NCBI GenBank assembly: GCA_001643675.2
Contig: LSRY02000021.1
Location: 248,001-312,000 of the forward strand
DNA: 64,000 nt
Direction: 5' to 3'
Source: Monocercomonoides exilis PA203
Lineage: Eukaryota > Protista > Preaxostyla
A program made the position numbers and the translations under genes. Position 1 is the first letter of the stretch. Every line of letters starts with the position of its first letter. Positions 25,492 through 35,600 of this stretch are shown piece by piece. The notes under the pieces were generated by a model that was not told the origin of the DNA, ran no database searches, and saw nothing but the letters and a program-made list of their open reading frames with translations.

Positions 25492-27833
25492 TCAGTTAAT
25501 TTCCACAGAAAAGTCAATGTCATCTTCCTCTTCTTCTCGTTTGAGGAGTTGTTCAATCTCTGGCTTGAGTTTATAACACCACACTTGATTTCCTCTTAAA
25601 CCCATTTTCTTGTGCTCATACCTGTCTTTAATTGCCAGTTGGAATGAGCGATCGTTCTTGAATTCAACTGGTCTGTGACTGAGTGCATCAGAACATCTCC
25701 ACACTTCTTTGAGTTTATTGAAATACTCCTGACAGAACACATCGATGACAGAGAGTGATGCTGCAATGATATCTTCCTTTGCATCCGTTGTTGGAAAAGC
25801 CCTTGTGTTGAAATTGGTGAGATCTTTGCTGATGAAATAACAGAGAAGTTGTTCATAGAATTCGTTGTCGAAAGAGTTAGTGAAATCCTTGAAGAATGTG
25901 AGATTGTTCTTATATTTTGAGTTTCAATCACAAACAACATATCTTCTGTCACCAACCTCAATCTTTGCAGAGAATGTGTTATTTGTTACAAATATGAAAT
26001 TAGCTACGTTCTCAGCTGTTCTTCTTGACTGATTCTTCTCATTAATTCGAATAATGTTTTCTGTTATTTCAGACTTCAATGGATCAAAGTTATCTGTTTG
26101 ATCATCTCCAACATTCTTCAATTCGTTAAGAACAATCAACATTTTCACTTCGATGATGGAGCAAAATTGTCCTTTCAATTCCGCAATCTCTGTGACATTC
26201 GGACATGAATATCCTGCCAACAGTTCAGCAAGAACATTTGTCCAGACATTCTTTCCAATACCTTGCAAACCTTTGAGAACAAGTGAAATTCCTGCTTTTT
26301 TCCAGGATTTTGAACAATTGACGCAATCCGACAGAGGATGTTTTGATACAGCACTTCGTTGTCGTTGGAGATAATATCTCGTGTGAAATTGAGGAATGGA
26401 TGATGATTTTGTCATTTTGTTCATTTGTCATTTGGTATTCGAACACATGGAACAGAGAGAATATTCGGGAGTTTTCTGAGAAGAACTTCACACCATCGAT
26501 CGATAGAACATGAGAGTGTTGTTCGAAAGCTGTCTCAACTGTGAGAGTCTTTTTTATCATCATGCCGGAGTTTTATTGTTTTGAAGAGTTCGTACATTGT
26601 TGATTTTGTCTTAAATGTTATTGAGAAACAGGAGGAGTGAATGTCAAACTCTTTCACAATGAATTTTATCCTTGCTTCAACAAACCTCAGAACTTTTGTG
26701 ATATCTTCAGCGACTTCAGACAGTGAGGAGTATTGTTATCGACAAGCTTCATCCCTGATTTCAGAGAACAAAAACGATGAGTTGAGATATTTTTCATGGA
26801 CAGTAATCTCTCGTGGAGGTTCTTCCTTTTACTCATTCTCTTTTCAAAGGAGTGGAATGATCACATCGTTGTAATATGTTGGATTCCATCCTTTGACAAT
26901 CTTTTGAAGAAAAAATTGATGTGAGTTGTTGTCTCTGTACCTGTTTCGTTTCTCTTCAAAGTTAGTGATTGCATTTGCTGCTAGAGCAGCTGTATCTTTG
27001 ATTTGATTGAAAAAAAAATCTATCGATTGGTTGTCCAAACCGTTAATGTTGACGAGAAAGTTGAGAGCTGCAAATAACGGCAAAAGAGTTAACTCGGAAT
27101 CAAGTTTCAAAGAACCCACGTCGTTATGTATTTCAACATCTTTGAGTCCATCAACAAGAGCAAGAGCAACAGTTGGAGACATATCAACGACACCATCTTG
27201 TGTGAGAAGATTGTGTAGTTCAGCTGCCATTGCCACTGATGTATTCTCTGTTTTGAGAACAATACCGAATGCATCAAGAACACTTTCAAGTGGAGAAAGA
27301 TCTCTGAGCTCTCTGTAATTGTTGAGGGGAATGTATTTGGTGATGATTCTCTTGCCATCTTTTATCTCTCTGTATGAAGAGTCAGCTTGAACAACAAGCC
27401 TCTGTTTTCCATCTCCAACACCTGCAAAAATGTCGATGTCGAACTCTGGACTCGTGAACACTTTTGTTTGTGACGAGCATTTAAGGGGATAACAACACAG
27501 CTCACAATAAACATGAAGACCACCATGAGCTGTTTGTACAAGCCCGACAATTCGGTGGAGTTTGACGAGAATGGAATTCCTGATGGTTTTCGTTTGCTCA
27601 GGTTGAAGAGATATGTAAATGTCAACATCAACGACACAGAGATCCTCACATTTGCTGATATCAACGGCTGTTCCAGTGTGTCGTTGGCCCTGCTTCTTGT
27701 CAAAGTATTTCTTGTAGTCGAACAAGTCAACAAGGTGATCTTTCATTCGTTCTCCCAGCATTTGCTGTTCTGTTGACATTGAATCAATCAGTTGTTGGAT
27801 TGCGTTGTCAGTGTCTGTTTGGGGGTTTGTCAT
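25492..27833 (-). pseudogene. Disrupted Prim-Pol (AEP) + D5-like superfamily-3 helicase (DUF5906-type), ~780 codons when reconstructed
   Basis: N-terminal CVVDVD / QTAHGGLHVY / DIDI (AEP motifs). C-terminal GLQGIGKN (Walker A), LIVLNE (Walker B), FIFVTNN (motif C) and DRRY (Arg finger). In-frame stops at 26846, 26831, 26738 and 25926; frameshifts near 26560, 26400 and 26295. Confidence 0.88.
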
Positions 27834-27944
27834 TTTATAAAAATGAAAAAAACAAATTTATTTAGAAACAGATTTATTTTTGAAACGAAAATTGACAGGG
27901 AAGATGATGTTAAGGTTTATGTCGATAATAAATGATAACAGTAA

Positions 27945-29511
27945 CTTTTCACATAAAATGTATTTTTCCCAATTTTCTCAGTTTGTCCGTTTGCCCACAT
28001 TATTTCTAGAATATAAATGACCCGGTGAATCCTATGCGACCAGTGCGGATGAAAAGCTCGGAGATTTAACACAATATTTCCATGTCGCAGCATCACTCAC
28101 TTAACCTGTCCACCCTGTGCAGGCAAATAACCATTAACTTTTTCCATCAACTCATCTAACAACTCATCACTTTCGATAAGCTTTCTCATCAATATCTTAA
28201 TCAATATCTTCTGTTTCTCAGATACATGTTCGTTGTAATACTTAGTTTCTTCCTTTCGTTTTTCCTGAAACTGTTTAATTTGTTTCTGTTGAGCCGCTTT
28301 CGCTTCTTCAACAGTTGCGTATATCTTCTTCCGACCCATTTACTATAAAACAAAAAACAAAATCAATTATTTTTATTTACGATTTCCTCCAACGATCACA
28401 CCAACGCATTCAACATACAACACGTTCAACATACAACTCATGTTTTTCACTAATTTCACCATCTTCGACATTCCAGTTAATCTTTTAGCTAATTCTCCTC
28501 CAAGGAGATATGGTATGTCAGCTATAGACATATATCGATTACACCAATCAATAACTCCAACTTTATAGAACATCAATGAAAATCTAGTCATGATAAACCC
28601 TAAGAATAACAGCAATAACTCTCGATCTCTATCAATTATCATTGCTTATTCCAACTTATTATATAAAATGATAACTACCATCAGATACACATAAATAGAT
28701 AAAATTGATTGACCTAATCGAGATGGATCTATAGCTGACATACCATGTCTCTTGAAAGTGTCCACCATTGTTAACATTAACGATGAAATGGTTAGTGTGT
28801 ATTTTATGGGCACACACATTTTCATCAAAAATTACATGAATGACGGAAACCTTAAAAAAAATTCACGTCAAAACATTCATTAGTATTTTTTTAAATCTCT
28901 TCTAAATACTTGCATTTTGCTGTTTTCAAATATAATAATGAGCGAATATGCCTGTGTGATTATTTTAGAAATCATGCTTTTGCTAACAAAAAATTCGGTT
29001 CGAAATTTTCTCTTGAATATTTACAAACGAACATTGAAAAGTTCAAATTTTTTGCAAAAGACATCTTCATGTTTATTTCAGGTGAAGCATTTGTTTTTGA
29101 AACAGGAGTGATAATTCAACAATTTGAATTCAAAACCTCTTACCCATGACAAACAACTTTTGAAAAATCAATATCCCGAAAAAGTTATGATTTCAAAAAT
29201 AATTACCAACCTTAATAAAAATAAAACAACCAGAAAACGCCAAACAAACAAACAAACAAACAAACAAACAAACAAACAAACAAACAAACAAAACAAAAAA
29301 AAATTCAATAATAATTGCTTTAAAAAAACTTTAAATTTCATTTGAAGAAAAATGTTATTGTAAAGAAATTCCTAAAAATACTAAAAGATAAATGAAACAA
29401 ATTATTAACGAATAAAGATTACGCTCTTTTGTAGCTTGGAATGGTTTCAGCTTTGAAGCAAGGAGTCTTTTCAATTATTCAAATACCCCTAAAGGAATTA
29501 TGTCACGTGTT
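27945..29511 (-). repeat. Right terminal inverted repeat arm
   Basis: Reverse complement of 23733-25299. Confidence 0.97.
28097..28339 (-). CDS. 80-aa basic helical protein encoded in the right TIR (identical copy)
   Basis: Identical translation to 24905-25147; upstream of and co-oriented with the primase-helicase. Confidence 0.65.
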   Translation of the reverse strand: MGRKKIYATVEEAKAAQQKQIKQFQEKRKEETKYYNEHVSEKQKILIKILMRKLIESDELLDELMEKVNGYLPAQGGQVK

Positions 29512-29601
29512 CAATTTTACAAAGAAAACATTATATTTTTATCAAGAAATTACAAAACTGTAATCATTTTCGAAAAACAATTTCATTTCCCATATTTACT
29601 T

Positions 29602-32600
29602 ATGTCAACATTAACAAAATTGAAGTTTTCCAATTTATTTTTCTTTTTAGTTGGAATACTCCAATTCTTGGAATGTAACAATTCACATAATTTAATTAGG
29701 AATGAAAGGATTGGGATAAGTTCACTTTTTATTCATGCATCAATAGAACTGAACCTGTTCGAAAAAAACCAATTTATGCGTGAAAAGTGCTCAGATAGAA
29801 GCCAGATCACTCACTCAGAAGGAATAAACATAAATACTGTGCCTTGCCAGACTTGTGTTGTTTCGCATCTTGCTTCATTCAATTCGACAATAAGTGTTTT
29901 TTGTATTCAATTCAGTTGCGAGTTGGAAAAAGCAGTTGTGTCATTGTTTGGGAAATCATCGTTTTTTGTGAGCAACTGTATATTATCTTCGCCGAAACAA
30001 TTTCGAAATGGGCTTATTCATTCGTACGAGGCAAACATTTGCATTTGCAATTTATCTTTGGTTCAGTCTCATTCGAGCGTTTTTCTTCCTTCATTGATTT
30101 CATTTCCACCAACAAACATAGTTAGAGAACATCAAAGTTGCATCGAAATCAGGGACACTTCACTTTCATCTTTTTCCCTGTTCAATTCGAATCCACTTAT
30201 CCAATCATCAATGAATAACATCATAACGATACAATCCAGCTCCTTTCAAAACATTTCACAACAACAGCCCAAAAGCAACATATTTGTCGAACATAATGCA
30301 TCATTCACCATGTCATCCTGCATTGTTTCAACCGTTTCCAACCCAACAGAAGGCTGCATTGTTCAAAAAGTGTCAGGCGGGTCGCTTAATCTTTTAAATT
30401 CTACATTTGAAAGATGCTCCAAAACACTTGGTTCGAAAATAAACCACACAACAACAGAGGACACACTTGTAGACAATTGTTTGTATGAGAACGTTCGTGG
30501 TGTAATCATAACCCACAATTCAACAGGCTCTGCAATTATCAAAAACACAGACTTCAGAAATTCGACAAATTGCCAATGCATATGGGCTATTAGTTATCAA
30601 TTTTTAAAATCGATAAATAACGCATTCAATTCGGTTAGAACAACAAGCTACGCATCGTGCATTCATCCTTGCCAAGGGAATGGACCTTTGACGATCCAGA
30701 ACAATAACATGACAAATTGTGAGTCAAAATGGGGAGGTGGTTGCTTTCATATTCATACAGGATTTTCAAACGCTGATCTTATTTCGGATTGCACATTTAG
30801 TAATTGCTATACCACTGAAACTTCAACACAATGCAATGGAGGAGGGGCAGTTTGGAATGGTGAGGGAGCAAAAGTTTCATATTCTAATGTTGCATTTGAA
30901 AACTGTTGTGCAAATGCTACTTATGGTGGAGCCATCAGCTTTGCTTCGAGAGAAACTGCTTATACTCATTACAGTTCACTTTTTTATTGCTTGTTTATTG
31001 AATGCGATGCGTTTGGAGATGGCAAAGATATTTATGCAGCAAATCCATGGCAGAATGTGTTGAATGAGAGTCAATTTGTTCTCTGTTGTTCAAATAAGCA
31101 TTTGGAAGCCAATCGTCTGGTTTTTGCAGAGAAAGGAGATAAAAGCAGTTGGATTGGAAAGCTTGGCAACATTTATGCAGACGTCCATGGGACAGATACT
31201 TTGGGATGCGGATGGGCAAAGTTTCCATGCTTGACGATATTCAACTCTGTTGAGATTGCCGTTGTAGCGAGCAAAGGCAGTCCAGTGTTCATAAATATTG
31301 CAGCAGGTTCATTCGTGGAACGAGCACTTGCGATAGATTCAAAATGCCTTTCATTAAAAGGATCAAGCAATTTTGGAACGAAGTTGAGCGCCAGCACTTC
31401 AAATAGCAAAGCTCTTTTCCAAATATCAACTGGATGCGCCACTCTGTTTGGCTTGTTCATCATCAGAAACTCTTCAGCATCGACTTTTCTGTCTTTATTC
31501 ACCATTTCTTCTGCATCTGGAGAGCTTGTGCTCAGCTCGTGCAAAATTTCATCCGAACCATCACAAATTACCCCATTTGCAACAGCATTTGCATCCATTT
31601 CGACTGGCCACTTGAACATGTCAAAAACAACTGTTGAGTCGATGATATTTTCAGATGTGTCTGCTCTCCGGATTGAGTCATCGACATTGCATTGCTTCAC
31701 TTTTGAGAATACGACGTTCAGAGACATCATGCGAAGTGAAGGAAGCGGATCAATTTTTGATGTGACTTTAACTTCTGGTGATGAATTGAATCTGAATGAT
31801 CTGAATTTCGAAAGGTGTGCATGCAACAAAGGGAATGGAGGATCTTTGAATTGCATTCTGGAAGCTGGTGGAAAAGTGACAATCGGTTCCACAAAAAGAA
31901 TTGAAATGGAGGAATGCACAGTGCCGCAGGACATGTTCAACAAAGGAAAAGGAGGAGGAATTCATTTGAAGTTGACGGGGAGCTCATCAAACTTTGTAAT
32001 ACAGGAGACATCATTTTATGGATGTGCTGCTTGGAAAGGAAACAACGTATTTGTTGATGCTATTTCGTTAAGCTCGTCAGTCACAGCAAGCACATTAAAA
32101 TTTGTGCACACAGGGATGAGTGATGATGATCTGATGGGATTTGAAGATCAGTGCAGAACAGATCCGGTTCCACTTCTGGCATATCTTCAAGCATTTACAG
32201 GAACAGTGCTTGTTGGAGGATCCAAGAACAGAGATTTCTCTGGTTGCGGCACAGCCAATTATCCATGTGGAAGCATTGAATATGCAGCAACGCTTCGCTT
32301 TCCCAGAAGCAAAAGAATTGTCACATTGAATCAGAACTTTGAATGGACAGAGTCGGTGGTGTTTGATGCGTTTGGGTGGGAGGTGAAAAGCCCCACAAGA
32401 GGCAGAGAAATAAAAGTGTTGAGCGAAGGCACGAGCACTTCTGAAGGAATGGTTACTGTTGAGATTGCAACCTCCATTTCGAATCTGAGTTTTTCAGCAT
32501 CTTCACAATTAGGACAGCATTCTTGTTTTCTTTTGTGCCGATCTGAGGAGCTTGCGATGACTGATTGCTCGCTGAAATGTTCATCAAGCGGAAGCGCAGA

Positions 32601-35600
32601 ATTTGGTTTTGGGTTCATAAAGATAAGTGGCGGGAGCCTGCTATTGAATCGGTTTTCCACAGCTTCACAAGTGACCTTTTGTTCTGCTTCGTTTATCACA
32701 TTGGATGGATCAGGAGGATTTAGTTGCTCCGAAAGCAATATGAGCAGCATCAAGAGGACGTCTGGAAATGGAGGATGCATTTTAATTGCAAAGAACAATT
32801 TGTTGGCAAGCAACAGAAACAGGGAGATGGCAATCGATGGATGCAGTTTCAGTGATTGCTGTGTTCGTGAGGAAGGAGGAGAAGGAGGAGGAGTGAGTGC
32901 TTGGCTGAGCGAAAATGATATTCTGATTGTAAATGGCTCGGCTTGTTTCGAGGGATGCTGTACACCAAGCGAAGAAGGATGTGGAGGGAAAGGAGGAGGA
33001 ATAAGCATTCACTGTGACGATACGTCTTCTTCCTTCAGAACAATGAATGCGGTTAAATTTTCAAAGGTGAAAGGGAACGAAGCGGAATACGGAAAAGATG
33101 TGTTTGTCGGATGCGAGAGTAGGGTTTTGCTCTCCCAAATGATCAATTCGTCTTCTTTTGGATTTTTTGATTCATCGGAATTGCCGTCAGACGCTTTGGC
33201 TTTGAGCGGGAGCGAAAATGGAAGCTCTTTTCCAATCATTCCTCTGCATGTGTATCTCTGCAGTCTTCAGTCAGAAATTATCACAGGCAGCGACAATGGA
33301 GTTGATCATACCCATTGCGGATTTCCTTCTTTTGCTTGCATGTCAATTAATTATTGCATTGAAAATCGAATAAGCAGCTCATTGAACAACGTAAAGATTG
33401 TCTCCGGCTCGACAATAAAGCAGGAAATATCGATATCTTCCACATCAGTGAATATCTATTCCGAAGCGCTTGTGCCTGTTTCAGTTAAAGACACAGACGG
33501 AGCAACACAGGATGGGTTGGTGATGTGCTCTTCTGCTCTTTTCCTCGTGAATCTGTTGTTGAATGTGCAGAGAACATTTTTGGCAACAAGAAAAGCCTTT
33601 CTTTTCTCTTCATCGTCGCTTTCCATTGGCAACTGTTGGTTGGAATATTCCTCAGAAAATGTGAATGAGCCTGTTTCCTTCTGCGTGATCTATGTGAACA
33701 GCGGAGATCTGATGGTGAGTGGATTCAAAATGGAAGGGGATGCAACATACACATTTTCGCCAATTTGTGCCTGGAATTATAATGCTATCACAATAGAGAA
33801 CAGCAACATAACAGGAACAAGGAAGATAAATGGAGATGGCGGCTGCTTATATATCCACGAAGTGAACGGGGAAGAAAGAAGCATCACGCTCCAAAGGTGT
33901 AAGTTCAGTGGTTCATGCGATGAATGGAATGGAATTCGAGGCGGGGGAATCATGGGGAATGTTGGGAGTGGAAATGCACTTTGCGTAAAAAGCACATCTT
34001 TTGAGAACTGCATGGCGCCTTCCGATGGCAATGAAAATGGAGGGAAAGGATTAGGGGGTGGGATGTATCTTTTTTTGAACAAAAATGTCAAAAGCCTCGC
34101 CTTCGACAATATCAGTTTCAGTGGCTGCAATGCTTGGAAAGGAAAGCAGTTGTTTGTTGATGGAGAAGATCTGAGCCAGATTGTTGGGGATTGGCTGGAG
34201 TGCTTCAAAACAGAAACCATCTTGGCTGAAGATATGATGGGGTTTGAGAGAAGCACAACAAATCGAGAATTCCACATTCCGCTTGTGCTGTATTTCCGAG
34301 CATTTGTGGAGCCTTGCTTCATTGGGGGAGCAGAGGGAAATGGGTTTGATCACACAGGATGTGGATTTTCTGATTATCCATGTGGAACGCTGCCGTATGG
34401 GGGTTTTGTGCGATTTGGGGATTCGAAGGCGCATCTGAGGCTCACAGACCATTTCTGCTTTGCAGATGCGATTGTTTTGAGTTCGCAAGAAATGGACATT
34501 GAAGCAGAGGCAAACGGAACACTAATAAATGTGATGCCTGATGGAACAGGAGAAGGCGAGGGACTTGTCGAAACAAACAACGTTGTTTCATTCAGTGGAA
34601 TAACATTCAATGTTTCGACAACATTCGCAGCAGCAGAAAGAAAGTGTCTGTTCCTGTGCAGTGGCTCAGCCCTTTCGCTTGTTGATTGCTCGGTGAGCGC
34701 TCAATCGAAGAAGATTGGCTTTGGATATGTGATTGTGAGAGGCGGCAATCTCCATGTTCTGAGGGGAGTGCTGAACGAAATAGAACTGCTGGGAGCGCCA
34801 GTGGTTGAACTGAGCGGGGTGACCAGCCGATGTTCTCTGGAAGACGTGGAATGGAACAACCTGAAGACGGGATCAGTCGAAGGGCTGATTGCGGCTAAGT
34901 CCAGCAGCCATGTGGAAATGAAAAACTCGAAAGTGTCTGGGCCGACACAGTTTGGGAATCACGGGGTCTTCTTCGTTGAGGAATATTCGAGCGCAACACT
35001 GGAAAAGAGCAACTTCACCCTATTGACAAGGAATGAAGGAAATGGAGCAGTAATTGAAGGAAGAGTTGGAAGTGGGAAGGGTTTGAGTGTGAATTTTTGT
35101 ACATTTTCTTCAATCAGCTGCTTGGCGAGTGGCTCGAAAGGAGGAAGCATCATCACAACTGTGTCTGCCAACGGGGAGCTGCTGTTCAACAACAACACAG
35201 TCGAAGAGAGTAAAGTGAAGAAAGCGGATGGGCTGGGAGGAGGGATGCACATTGAATTTTTGAGCAGCGAGGTTGGATGCTCGATGAAGAACAACAAATT
35301 TTTGAGCAACGATGCGATGCTGGGATACGACGTGTATCTTGTGTGCCCCACTCCGCGAATGATGATCGACCGAAACAAGTGGGCAGGGTCAGCCACAGAA
35401 GAGCAGGAGGAGAAAACGATGTGGGTGATTGATCCATCGTTTCCAGAGGGGTCAGACACGCTTCTGAAGTATTTGTTTCCCAGATCCGACGAAATAATAT
35501 ATGTGAACATGCTCAATGGCCACGCAGACGGCTGCGGCGCTGACGATTATCCTTGCGAGGAGCTTTGGTACGCTTCTGGGAAGATGACAGAGGAGAAGCG

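Larger units (their letters stand above)
23741..29503. mobile_element. TIR-bounded element (~5.76 kb) carrying a decayed Prim-Pol/SF3-helicase gene and a small ORF in each TIR; candidate 6-bp TSD CACGTG
   Basis: Two long reverse-complementary arms (paired coordinates sum to 53244 from the outer to the inner end) enclose a 2645-bp core with primase-helicase remnants. CACGTG flanks both ends (23735-23740 and 29504-29509). Confidence 0.85.

Noticed and set aside
26736-26846. In-frame TAA codons in the primase-helicase as evidence for a TAA/TAG=Gln code
   Set aside because: The same gene also has in-frame TGAs and frameshifts, and host genes (14-3-3, UGPase, eEF1B-gamma) terminate at TAA; pseudogenisation is simpler.
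23741-29503. Classifying the element as a standard Polinton/Maverick, Helitron or DDE transposon
   Set aside because: No pPolB, integrase, capsid, packaging ATPase, HUH Rep or transposase motifs are visible, and the core is fully occupied by the primase-helicase. A deletion derivative of a larger element cannot be excluded.
29500-29601. ATG 29500 as the native start of the giant receptor
   Set aside because: It lies within the element terminus; Met at 29602 gives a better signal-peptide position.
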